From contig CAVSHW010000057.1 in NCBI GenBank assembly GCA_963727695.1, positions 6,934-70,933 of the forward strand: 64,000 nucleotides of DNA, given 5' to 3'. Positions 28,206 through 37,700 of this stretch are shown one piece after another. The notes below the pieces were generated by a model. The model ran no database searches, was not told where the DNA came from, and saw nothing but the letters and a program-made list of their open reading frames with translations. Made by a program: the position numbers and the translations under genes. The DNA comes from an uncultured Methylomirabilota bacterium (GTDB lineage Bacteria; Methylomirabilota; Methylomirabilia; Methylomirabilales; 2-02-FULL-66-22). Position 1 is the first letter of the stretch; each line of letters begins with the position of its first letter.

Positions 28206-28924
28206 GACGTCGAACATCACCGTCAGCGGCATCCGGGTGTCGGTCGTCCGGAAGGCGATCAAGAACCTGCATCTGGGCGTCTACCCCCGCACGGTCGGGT
28301 GCGCGTCGCCGCGCCGCTAGCCGTGTCGGATGACTGCGGTGCGGCTGGCGGTTGTGGGCAAGCTCGGGTGGATCAAGCGGCAACAGGCGAGATTTGCCGC
28401 CCAGCCGCGCCAGTCCCGGCGCGGAGATGGTCAGTGGGGAGAGCCACTACGTTCTCGGGTGGCGTTATCGGCTGCGAGTGGTGGCGAGCAGCGGTCCCGG
28501 CCGGGTGGTGTTGCGGCACCGCAGCATCCTTGAACTGCACGTCCGCAGAGACTTGGACGCGATGGAGCGCGAGCGGGTATTGCGCCACTGGTACCGCATG
28601 CGGCTGCGCGAGTTGATTCCCCCGCTCCTGACGAAGTGGGAGGTAGTTCTCGGCGTCTATGCGGTCGGCTGGGGCATCAAGAAGATGAAGACCAAGTGGG
28701 GGAGCTGCAGCCTGGCTGCCGGCCGAATCTGGCTGAATCTGGAGCTGGCGAAGAAGCCGGTACAGTGCCTGGAATATCTCATCGTGCACGAGCTGGCCCA
28801 TCTGATCGAGCCGCATCACAACGACCGGTTTGCCTCCATCATGGATACGCATCTGCCCGCCTGGCGGGTGGCCCGCGCCGAACTGAATCGCGCGCCGCTC
28901 GCGCATGAGGAGTGGAAGTACTAA
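28195..28924 (+). pseudogene. YgjP-like (DUF45/M48-family) HExxH metallopeptidase, frameshifted
   Basis: ATG 28195 overlaps the hsdR stop. MSIETSNITVSGIRVSVVRKAIKNLHLGVYP, then after frame shifts SGESHYVLGWRYRL...KKMKTKWGSCS...YLIVHELAHLIEPHHNDRFASIM. This is a common hsdR neighbour. Confidence 0.75.
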
Positions 28925-28980
28925 CGAGGCGAGAGCAGCATACGCCAAACAAGTTTTTGCGCGAAATAGCGTAACCGAGG

Positions 28981-29010
28981 TTGACAGAAGGTGGAGAGAT
29001 GGATTAAAAT
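28981..29010 (+). promoter_or_regulatory. candidate sigma70 promoter P1 of the tRNA-tuf operon
   Basis: TTGACA (28981-28986), an 18-nt spacer, then TAAAAT (29005-29010), in an AT-rich intergenic segment. Confidence 0.5.
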
Positions 29011-29064
29011 AACCCTCCTCTTGAAAGGCTAGTCTGTCCTGGGGGGGTTCGAACAAGAAATAGT

Positions 29065-29093
29065 TTGCCAAGATTAGACGGTTTACATATACT
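29065..29093 (+). promoter_or_regulatory. candidate sigma70 promoter P2 immediately upstream of tRNA-Thr
   Basis: TTGCCA (29065-29070), a 17-nt spacer, then TATACT (29088-29093). The tRNA starts at 29106. Confidence 0.6.
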
Positions 29094-29105
29094 ACTGTTT
29101 TGTCC

Positions 29106-29181
29106 GCTGGCGTAGCTCAGCTGGTAGAGCGGCTGATTTGTAATCAGCGGGTCGGGGGTTCAATTCCCTCCGCCAGCTCCA
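29106..29181 (+). tRNA. tRNA-Thr (anticodon UGU)
   Basis: Acceptor GCTGGCG/CGCCAGC, anticodon loop TTTGTAA, T-loop GGTTCAATTCC, encoded CCA. Confidence 0.92.
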
Positions 29182-29234
29182 CCGGGTGCGTGCCTCCAGG
29201 GGCCGGCGGATTCGCGAAGCGCGCCCTGGATTCT

Positions 29235-29320
29235 GGGGAGATACCCAAGCGGCCAAAGGGGGCAGACTGTAAATCTGTTGGCTTATGCCTTCGGAGGTTC
29301 AAATCCTCCTCTCCCCACCA
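29235..29320 (+). tRNA. tRNA-Tyr (anticodon GUA), long variable arm
   Basis: Acceptor GGGGAGA/TCTCCCC, anticodon loop CTGTAAA, variable arm, T-loop GGTTCAAATCC, ACCA end. Confidence 0.92.
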
Positions 29321-29436
29321 TCGGGTTGCGGATGAGAGGTTTGACTGAAACGGAAAGAGCCTTCGCATATCGGGTCGCCCGATGGCGGTGTGCGCGGGTT
29401 CTTCTGGGTGTCGATGGCGGCGCTGACAATTGTCTG

Positions 29437-29513
29437 GCGGGAATAGCTCAGCTGGCTAGAGCGCGAGCCTTCCAAGCTCGGGGTCGCGGGTTCGAATCCC
29501 GTTTCCCGCTCCA
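29437..29513 (+). tRNA. tRNA-Gly (anticodon UCC)
   Basis: Acceptor GCGGGAA/TTCCCGC, anticodon loop CTTCCAA, T-loop GGTTCGAATCC, CCA end. Confidence 0.92.
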
Positions 29514-29641
29514 TGCGTCTTTCCGCACCGGCAGCCGCGAATTCCCGTCAGCGACAGGGATTCCGGACGGGACCGGCGGAGCTTCGAGCAGACCGTCCGT
29601 GATTTCGTGACTCGGGGGTATTCGAGTCCAGACGGCTGGGC

Positions 29642-29717
<76 letters not shown>

Positions 29718-29735
29718 TTCCTTTCTGGCCTCGAT

Positions 29736-30984
29736 GGCAGGAGGCCTGCGCAGGGAGACACTCTCATGGGGAAAGCGAAGTTCGAGCGGACGAAAGAGCA
29801 CATGAACGTCGGGACCATTGGCCACATCGACCACGGGAAGACGACGCTGACCGCGGCGATCACGAAGGCCCTCGGCTTCAAGAACGCGAAGATCGCCTTC
29901 GTGCCGTTCGACCAGATCGATAAGGCGCCGGAGGAGCGGGAGCGGGGCATCACCATCGCCATCGCCCACGTGGAGTACGAGACCGACAAGCGCCACTACG
30001 CCCACGTGGACTGCCCCGGCCACGCCGACTACATCAAGAACATGATCACCGGGGCGGCCCAGATGGACGGCGCCATCCTGGTGGTGGCGGCCTCCGAGGG
30101 CCCGATGCCCCAGACCCGGGAGCACATCCTGCTCGCCCGCCAGGTCGGCGTCCCCAGCATGCTGGTCTTCCTGAACAAGGTGGACCAGGTGGACGACCCC
30201 GAGCTGATGGAGCTGGTCGAGCTGGAGGTCCGCGAGCTGCTCACCCAGTACGGCTTCCCCGGGGACGAGATCCCCATCGTGAAGGGCTCGGCCCTGAAGG
30301 CCCTCCAGTCCACCAGCACGGATCCGAAGGCCCCCGAGTACGCCTGCATCTACGAGCTCGCGGCCGCCGTGGACAGCTACTTCCCCTCCCCGAAGCGCGA
30401 GATCGACAAGCCCTTCCTGATGCCCGTGGAGGACGTCTTCACCATCTCCGGGCGCGGGACGGTGGTCACCGGCCGGGTGGAGCGCGGCGTGGTCAAGGTC
30501 GGGGAAGAGGTGGAGATCGTCGGCATCCGGCCGACCCAGAAGACGGTCTGCACCGGGGTGGAGATGTTCCGGAAGCTCCTCGACCAGGGCCAGGCCGGCG
30601 ACAACATCGGCGTGCTGCTGCGCGGGATCAAGCGCGAAGAGGTGGAGCGCGGGCAGGTCGTGGCCAAGCCGGGCTCCATCACCCCCCACACGAAGTTCAA
30701 GGCCGAGGCCTACATTCTCACCAAGGAGGAGGGCGGGCGCCATACCCCCTTCTTCGACGGCTATCGGCCCCAGTTCTACTTCCGGACGACCGACGTCACC
30801 GGGGTGGCCAAGCTCCCCCCGGGGACCGAGATGGTCATGCCCGGCGACAACGTCACCATGGAAGTGACCCTGATCCAGCCCATCGCCATGGAGAAGGAAC
30901 TCCGCTTCGCCATCCGCGAGGGGGGCCGGACCGTGGGCGCCGGGGTGGTGAGCGAGGTGCTGGAGTAACCGGGGCGGCGGGCCC
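29736..30984 (+). repeat. 1249-bp direct repeat (tuf copy 1 plus 30 nt upstream and 16 nt downstream)
   Basis: Near-identical to 46411-47659. I see about 8 substitutions by eye (for example ttc/ttt, gac/gat, ctg/ttg, ccc/ccg, ggg/ggc, cgg/cgc, ccg/cag). Confidence 0.9.
29766..30968 (+). CDS. tuf: elongation factor Tu (copy 1, tRNA-linked, tufB-like)
   Basis: [32 protein letters not shown]..., 400 aa. It follows the Thr-Tyr-Gly-Thr tRNA cluster, as thrU-tyrU-glyT-thrT-tufB does in E. coli. Confidence 0.97.
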   Translation: MGKAKFERTKEHMNVGTIGHIDHGKTTLTAAITKALGFKNAKIAFVPFDQIDKAPEERERGITIAIAHVEYETDKRHYAHVDCPGHADYIKNMITGAAQMDGAILVVAASEGPMPQTREHILLARQVGVPSMLVFLNKVDQVDDPELMELVELEVRELLTQYGFPGDEIPIVKGSALKALQSTSTDPKAPEYACIYELAAAVDSYFPSPKREIDKPFLMPVEDVFTISGRGTVVTGRVERGVVKVGEEVEIVGIRPTQKTVCTGVEMFRKLLDQGQAGDNIGVLLRGIKREEVERGQVVAKPGSITPHTKFKAEAYILTKEEGGRHTPFFDGYRPQFYFRTTDVTGVAKLPPGTEMVMPGDNVTMEVTLIQPIAMEKELRFAIREGGRTVGAGVVSEVLE

Positions 30985-31052
30985 CGTTCCTCCGGTGCGA
31001 GGCGGGGCTATACCAGACCGAGCCGCGATGCCGGCTCTGGAGCGAGACGATC

Positions 31053-31202
31053 ATGCGAGATACGATCACCCTGGCGTGCGCCGAGTGCAAGCGCCGGAAC
31101 TATTCCACGACCAAGAACAAGCGGAACACGACCGACCGCGTGGAGTTGTCCAAGTACTGCCCCTGGTGCCGGAAGCACACTCCGCACCGCGAGACCAAGT
31201 AG
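31053..31202 (+). CDS. rpmG: 50S ribosomal protein L33 (Zn-ribbon C+ form)
   Basis: Not in the ORF track (49 aa). My own translation is [49 protein letters not shown]. Confidence 0.9.
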   Translation: MRDTITLACAECKRRNYSTTKNKRNTTDRVELSKYCPWCRKHTPHRETK

Positions 31203-31251
31203 TCCGGGGGGTGCGAGATCCGGCGCGGACGGCGGCAGCCGGGCTACCAAC

Positions 31252-31328
31252 AGGCCTGTAGCTCCAACTGGTAGAGCGGCGGACTCCAAATCCGTAGGTT
31301 GGGGGTTCGAATCCCTCCAGGCCTGCCA
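31252..31328 (+). tRNA. tRNA-Trp (anticodon CCA)
   Basis: Acceptor AGGCCTG/CAGGCCT, anticodon loop CTCCAAA, T-loop GGTTCGAATCC, GCCA end. Classic rpmG-tRNATrp-secE position. Confidence 0.9.
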
Positions 31329-31420
31329 ACGCGGTGGAGTTTCGGTCGGACGGTTTCCGGAGCGCACGGGCACCGCCAAGTGCCCGATGTCCCACGGGCG
31401 ACGAGAGAGGGCTGGACGAC

Positions 31421-31636
31421 ATGACGGCAGTGGCGGAACGGTTGCAGAACGCGTGGGGGACGACGGTCCAGTTCGTCAAGGAGGTCCGGGTCGAGCTCAA
31501 GAAGGTCACCTGGCCCCAGCGCAACGAGATCATCGGCTCGACGGCGGTGGTCATCGTGGCCAGCTTCGCGGTGGCGTTCTTCCTGGGGTTCGTGGACCTG
31601 ATCCTCCAGAAGGCGTTGGGGCTCATCATCAAGTAA
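31421..31636 (+). CDS. secE: preprotein translocase subunit SecE
   Basis: ATG 31421 in ORF 31334..31636. FVKEVRVELKKVTWPQRNEIIGSTAVVIVASFAVAFFLGFVD is the SecE signature plus a single TM helix. Confidence 0.88.
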   Translation: MTAVAERLQNAWGTTVQFVKEVRVELKKVTWPQRNEIIGSTAVVIVASFAVAFFLGFVDLILQKALGLIIK

Positions 31637-31663
31637 TTCGGACGTCCGAGACCGAGGGGAATC

Positions 31664-32320
31664 ATGGCGGAGCAGAATGTGAGCGGTGTCGCGGCTGAGG
31701 CCGGGGCGCCCCAGGAATCCGGGGCCGAGTCGGCGGCGGTGCCGTCTTTCGAGGCCGCCACGACCGCGGTCGAGATCGGGGCCAACCCGCCGCATCACCA
31801 GTGGTTCGTCATCCATACCTATTCGGGGTTCGAGAACAAGGTGAAGCAGAGCATCGAGCAGCGAGTCTCGGCGCTGGCCCTCGGCGAGGTCGTCTCCAAA
31901 GTCATGATCCCCACCGAGACGGTGGTGGAGCTGAAGAAGGGGAAGCGGCGAGAGGCCTCGCAGAAGTTCTTCCCGGGCTACGTCCTGATCTGCATGGAGA
32001 TGTCGGACGACCTCTGGTACCTGATCAAGAACACGCCCAAGGTCACCGGATTCGTCGGACCCGGTGTCCGGCCGACCCCGATCCCGGAGGAGCAGGTCCG
32101 GGCCATCTTGCAGCAGGTGGAGACCGGTGCGGAGCGCCCAAAACACCGCATCCTCTTCAGTCGGGGAGAGAGCGTCCGTGTTATCGACGGGCCGTTCTCC
32201 AATTTCACCGGCGTGGTGGACGAAGTGAAGCCCGAGAAGGGCCGACTGAAGGTCATGGTCAGCATTTTTGGCCGTCCCACCCCTGTGGATGTCGAGTTCC
32301 TCCAGGTCGAACGGGTCTGA
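31664..32320 (+). CDS. nusG: transcription termination/antitermination factor NusG, with ~45-aa N-terminal extension
   Basis: WFVIHTYSGFENKVKQSIEQRV NGN domain and KOW GESVRVIDGPFSNFTGVVDEV. Confidence 0.93.
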   Translation: MAEQNVSGVAAEAGAPQESGAESAAVPSFEAATTAVEIGANPPHHQWFVIHTYSGFENKVKQSIEQRVSALALGEVVSKVMIPTETVVELKKGKRREASQKFFPGYVLICMEMSDDLWYLIKNTPKVTGFVGPGVRPTPIPEEQVRAILQQVETGAERPKHRILFSRGESVRVIDGPFSNFTGVVDEVKPEKGRLKVMVSIFGRPTPVDVEFLQVERV

Positions 32321-32387
32321 CCAGGGCGGGGCGGGTAGCTCTTGCGCGGCCCGCGGTCCTGCTCTTGTGTCCATCTGAGGAGGTTGC

Positions 32388-32825
32388 ATGACAAAGCGCA
32401 TCGGCAAGAAGGTTACCGCCCAAGTGAAGCTCCAGGTTCCGGCCGGCAAGGCGAATCCCTCGCCGCCGGTGGGGCCGGCCCTCGGACAGCATGGCGTCAA
32501 TATCATGGAGTTCTGCAAGACGTTCAACGCTCAGACGCAGGCTCAGGAGGGATTGATCATCCCGGTGGTGATCACCATCTACGCGGATCGGTCTTTCACT
32601 TTCATCACCAAGACGCCCCCGGCATCGGTTCTGCTCAAGCAGGCCGCTGGGATCGCGCAGGGCTCTAAGGAGCCGAACCGGGTGAAGGTGGGGAAGGTCA
32701 CGCGGAAGCAGGTGGAAGACATCGCCAAGACGAAGTTGCCCGACCTGAACGCCTTCACCCCGGAGGCGGCGGCGAAGATCATCGAGGGGACGGCCCGCAG
32801 CCTGGGGGTCGAGGTGGTGGGGTAG
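32388..32825 (+). CDS. rplK: 50S ribosomal protein L11
   Basis: [34 protein letters not shown]. Confidence 0.96.
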   Translation: MTKRIGKKVTAQVKLQVPAGKANPSPPVGPALGQHGVNIMEFCKTFNAQTQAQEGLIIPVVITIYADRSFTFITKTPPASVLLKQAAGIAQGSKEPNRVKVGKVTRKQVEDIAKTKLPDLNAFTPEAAAKIIEGTARSLGVEVVG

Positions 32826-33017
32826 CCGTTGTCAAGATGTGGCAAACTGAAAACTGACAACGTGATAATACAAAACCGGCCAAGGAGACGGACGCTGCTC
32901 TTTGGGTGGTTTCGGTTGTCCGGTTCTTGATTGTCGGTTTGTCATTTTTCATTTCTGAGTGGTGGACGACGGCCCACCTCATCCGTTGTCCGGAACGCGA
33001 GAAGGAGGGAGCCTAAT

Positions 33018-33737
33018 ATGGCGAAAGTCGGGAAGCGGTACGCGAAGGCCGCGGAGGCGGTGGAGAAGGCCGTCGGCCAAGCGGGCGAGATGGAGCTCGG
33101 GAAGGCCGTCGAACTGGCCAAGGCCAACGCCGTGGCCAAGTTCGACGAGACCCTGGACCTGGCGGTGCGGCTGGGGGTTGATCCCAAGCACGCCGACCAG
33201 ATGGTCCGAGGGACGGTGGTCCTTCCCCACGGGACCGGAAAGAAGGTGCGGGTTCTGGTCTTCGCCAAGGGGGAGAAGCAGAGGGAAGCGCAGGAGGCGG
33301 GGGCCGACTATGTGGGGGCCGAGGATCTCGTCGAGAAGATCCAGGGAGGCTGGCTCGACTTCGATCGGGCCATCGCCACCCCCGACATCATGGGTCAGGT
33401 GGGTCGCCTGGGCAAGGTGCTGGGTCCCAGGGGGCTCATGCCCAACCCCAAGACCGGCACCGTCACCTTCGAGGTGGGGAAAGCGGTGCACGAGTTCAAG
33501 GGGGGCAAGATCGAGTTCCGAGTGGAAAAGGCAGGCATCGTGCACGTTCCCTTCGGCAAGGCCTCCTTCACGCCGCAGCAGTTGACCGAGAACGCCGCGG
33601 CGGTGCTGGAAGCCCTCCTGCGGGCCAAGCCGGCCACCAGCAAGGGGCGGTACGTCAAGGGTGTGTTCATCTCGTCCACCATGGGTCCTGGGATCCGGGT
33701 TGATGCCAACGCCGTCCAGGCCTTGGTGAAAGTCTAG
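33018..33737 (+). CDS. rplA: 50S ribosomal protein L1
   Basis: ATG 33018 follows [26 protein letters not shown]...[34 protein letters not shown]. Confidence 0.95.
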   Translation: MAKVGKRYAKAAEAVEKAVGQAGEMELGKAVELAKANAVAKFDETLDLAVRLGVDPKHADQMVRGTVVLPHGTGKKVRVLVFAKGEKQREAQEAGADYVGAEDLVEKIQGGWLDFDRAIATPDIMGQVGRLGKVLGPRGLMPNPKTGTVTFEVGKAVHEFKGGKIEFRVEKAGIVHVPFGKASFTPQQLTENAAAVLEALLRAKPATSKGRYVKGVFISSTMGPGIRVDANAVQALVKV

Positions 33738-33750
33738 GGAGGAGGCTCCA

Positions 33751-34275
33751 GTGGGGCGTGCAGAGAAGAGCACCAGTATCGCGGAGTTTCGTGAGAAGCT
33801 GAGCGGCGTGCGAGGTGCGGTGCTGACGGATTTTCGCGGTCTGAGCGTGGCCGATATCACCGAGCTTCGAAGCCTCCTTCGCAAGAGCGAGGTTGAGTAC
33901 AAGGTGGTCAAGAACACCCTGGCCAGGCTGGCCGTGAAGGACACCGGACTCGAGGGCTTGGCCGCCTATTTCGAAGGTCCCACGGCCATCGCCATCAGCC
34001 GGAAGGATGCGGTGGCTGCGTCAAAGGTCCTGACCACCTGGGGAAAGAGCCGGCCGACCTTCACCATCAAGGGCGGGGTCGTCGAGGGCCGGGTCGTCGG
34101 GTCGGCCGAGATCGCAGAACTGGCCGCGGTCCCGCCGCGGGAGGTGCTGCTGGCTCGGATGGCGGGAGCCTTGCAGGCGCCGATCACCGGGCTGGTGCGG
34201 GTGTTGGGCGCCCATCTCTTGGGGCTGGCCTGCGCCCTCGACCAGGTCCGACAGAAGAAGGAAGGGGCGGCGTAG
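33751..34275 (+). CDS. rplJ: 50S ribosomal protein L10
   Basis: GTG start after GGGAGGAGG. VLTDFRGLSVADITELRSLLRKSEVEYKVVKNTLARLA. Confidence 0.93.
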   Translation: MGRAEKSTSIAEFREKLSGVRGAVLTDFRGLSVADITELRSLLRKSEVEYKVVKNTLARLAVKDTGLEGLAAYFEGPTAIAISRKDAVAASKVLTTWGKSRPTFTIKGGVVEGRVVGSAEIAELAAVPPREVLLARMAGALQAPITGLVRVLGAHLLGLACALDQVRQKKEGAA

Positions 34276-34347
34276 CTCGCGCCGTCCTGCGACGTGTTCG
34301 CGCGTTCCGTTTCCGATTTTCGAACGAGGCATTCAGAGGAGGCTGCA

Positions 34348-34725
34348 ATGGCAAAGGTCACGATCGACGATGTGTTGGAGTCCATTGATTCCTGGACGGT
34401 CTTGGAGCTGAACAAGCTCGTCAAGGGAATCGAGGAGAAGTATGGGGTGTCGGCGGCGGCCCCGATGGCCGTGGCGGCGGCGCCGGCGGGCGGCGGCGCG
34501 GCGGCGGAGGAAAAGACGGAATTCAGCGTCATCCTGGCTGCCGTCGGCGAGAAGAAGATCCAGGTGATCAAAGAGGTCCGCGTCATCACGGGGCTCGGCC
34601 TGAAAGAGGCCAAGGACCTGGTGGACGGGGCTCCCAAGCCGGTGAAGGAAGGCGTCTCCAAGGCCGAGGCGGAAGAGATCAAGAAGAAGCTCGTGGACGC
34701 TGGGGCAACCGTCGAACTCAAGTAG
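34348..34725 (+). CDS. rplL: 50S ribosomal protein L7/L12
   Basis: ATG 34348 after AGAGGAGG. Ala-rich hinge, and C-terminal domain [56 protein letters not shown]. Confidence 0.95.
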   Translation: MAKVTIDDVLESIDSWTVLELNKLVKGIEEKYGVSAAAPMAVAAAPAGGGAAAEEKTEFSVILAAVGEKKIQVIKEVRVITGLGLKEAKDLVDGAPKPVKEGVSKAEAEEIKKKLVDAGATVELK

Positions 34726-34740
34726 CGAGGGAAAACACGC

Positions 34741-37700
34741 ATGGCCGTTGTGAAGAGGGCCGGAGGCGAGGATCGCGTCAGCTTCGCCAAGATTCACGAG
34801 ATTATCGGAATCCCGAATCTGATCGAGATCCAGCAGCGCTCGTACGAGCAGTTTCTCCAGTCGCGCGTCCCCCCGCAAGAGCGGGAGAATTCCGGACTCC
34901 AGGGGGTGTTCACCAGTATCTTCCCCATCACGGACTACAATGACTCCGCGTCGCTGGAGTTCGTGCGGTACGAGTTCGGTGATCCCAAGTACACCTCCGA
35001 GGAGTGCTGGGAGAAGGGGATGACCTTCTCGGTCCCTCTCAAGGTGACCCTCCGCCTGGTGGTCTGGGACAAACAGGTCGGGAGCGAGGCTCGGAGCATC
35101 CGGGACATCAAAGAACAGGAAGTCTACCTGGGCGAGATGCCCCTCATGACCGAGCACGGGACCTTCATCGTCAACGGCACGGAACGTGTCGTGGTGAGCC
35201 AACTGCACCGGTCGCCGGGTGTGTTCTACGACCATGACGGCGGGACCACGCACAGCAGCGGCAAGATGCTGTTCTCGGCCCGCCTGATTCCCTATCGCGG
35301 GTCGTGGCTGGAGTTCGAGTTCGACGCCAACGACGTATTGCACGTCCGGGTGGACCGCCGGCGCAAATTCCTGTCCACGATCTTGCTCCGGGCGCTGGGG
35401 TACAACAGCAACGAGGTGATCCTGGGTCTGTTCTATGACCGGGACACGCTGCACCTCTCGAAGCGGGACGTCCTGCTGGAGCTCGGCTCTCCAGGGGTCC
35501 TGGGGTACCGCGCTGCCAAAGAAGTTGCGGATGGAAAAGAGACGGTGCTCCAGGCGGGTAAGCGGATCAGCAAGAATGGGCTGAAGCGCTGCCATACCCT
35601 GAAGATCAAGCAGGTCGCCGTCTCGCGGGAGGACGTCGTCGGGCGATTCCTCAGTCGGGACGTGGTGGATGGGACGACCGGCGAGGTCCTGGCGGAGTGC
35701 GGCCAGGAAGTGACCGGCGAGCTGCTGGAGCAGTTCCAGGAGCACCGGCTGGAATCCTTCCAGGTGCTGAGCGGTCCGGACAACCGCGAAGTGTTCGAGA
35801 TCCGCGAGACGCTCCGGAAGGACAGCACCCGGGGGACCGACGAGGCCCTGGTCGAGATTTACCGCCGCATGCGCCCGGGCGATCCCCCCACGCTGGAGAG
35901 CACCAAAGCGCTGCTGGAGAACATCTTCTTCAATCCCCGCCGGTACGATCTGTCCAGGGTCGGCCGGCTCAAGATGAACAAGAAATTGGGCATGAGTGTG
36001 CCCTTAGAGGAGCGTGTCCTCCGCAAGGAGGACATCCTGGAGGTGATCCGCTACGTCCTCAAGGCCAAGCGGGGCGAAGGCCAGGTGGACGACATCGACC
36101 ACCTGGGCAATCGCCGGGTGCGGGCCGCCGGCGAGCTTCTGGAGGACCAGTTCCGCATCGGGCTGTCCCGGATGGAGCGGGCTGTGCGCGAGCGGATGAG
36201 CACGCAGGAGTTGGAGACGCTGATGCCGCACGACCTGGTGAACGCGAAGCCGGTCACGGCGGCCCTGAAGGAGTTCTTCGGCTCCTCTCAGCTTTCCCAG
36301 TTCATGGATCAGACGAACCCGCTGGCCGAGCTCACCCACAAGCGGCGCCTCTCGGCTTTGGGTCCGGGGGGTCTCTCCCGCGAGCGGGCCGGATTCGAGG
36401 TGCGTGACGTGCATCCGACCCACTACGGGCGGATGTGCCCCATCGAGACCCCGGAAGGACCCAACGTCGGGCTCATCGCCTCGCTCTCCACCTACGCCCG
36501 GGTCAACGACTTCGGATTCATCGAGACCCCGTATCGGAAAGTGCGGGACGGCCGGGTCACCGACGAGATCGAATACCTGACGGGGGACGAGGAGGAGTTG
36601 CACACGGTTGCCCAGGCCAACGCCGAGTTGGATGGGCGCAATCGATTCGTCGCCGAGCGGGTCGCGGCGCGCGCCTCCATGAACTCCGTTATGGTGACCC
36701 CCGAGGCCATCGAGTTCATGGATGTTTCGCCCAAGCAACTGGTGGGAATCTCCACCTCGCTGATCCCCTTCCTGGAGCACGACGACGCCAACCGCGCCCT
36801 GATGGGGGCCAACATGCAGCGGCAGTCGGTGCCCTTGCTCCGGCCCACCGCCCCCGTGGTGGGGACCGGCATGGAGTACGTGGCGGCCAAGGACTCGGGG
36901 GCCGTGGTGGTCGCCAAGCGCGCCGGCGTGGTGGAGGCAGTGTCGGCGGAGCGTATCATCGTGCGGGGCGACCCGAAGGAGCCGCGCTCCGACGGCCAGA
37001 CCAACGGCACGGGCGTGGACATCTATACCCTGATGAAGTTCCGGCGCAGCAACCAGAATACCTGTATCAACCAGAAACCGATCGTGGCCAAGGGACAGCA
37101 GGTGGCGAAGGGCCAGGTGATCGCAGATGGACCGGCCACGCAGCAGGGGGAGTTGGCGCTGGGTCAGAACGTCCTGGTGGCTTTCATGCCCTGGGGCGGC
37201 TACAACTTCGAAGACGCCATCCTCATCAGCGAGCGGTTGACGAAGGACGACCGGTACACCTCGATCCACATCGAGGAGTTCGAGATCGAGGCCCGGGACA
37301 CCAAGCTGGGCAAGGAAGAGATTACCCGGGATATCCCCAACGTGGGCGAAGAGGCCCTGAAGGATCTGGACGAGAGCGGGATCGCCCGTATCGGGGCCGA
37401 GATCAAACCGGGCGACATCCTGGTGGGGAAGGTCACCCCAAAGGGGGAGACAGTCCTCACCCCCGAGGAGCGGCTGCTCCGGGCCATTTTTGGCGAGAAG
37501 GCGGAGGACGTGCGGGATGCGTCCCTCACCGTCCCGCCGGGGATCAGCGGAACGGTGGTCGACGTCAAGGTCCTCTCCCGCAAGGGAGTGGAGAAGGACG
37601 AGCGGGCGAAGTCGATCGAGGACGAAGAGGCGGCCCGCCTCCGCAAGGACTTCGAGGACGAGATCCAGATCATCGCCGCGGAGCGCGACACCAGGATCCG

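Noticed and set aside
29036-29056. tRNA T-arm-like string CTGGGGGGGTTCGAAC as a possible att-site remnant marking the island's integration.
   Set aside because: Only about 12 nt resemble a T-arm. The best left-border counterpart (GCTGGGGGTTTG, ~20041-20052) is too weak, and there is no integrase gene.
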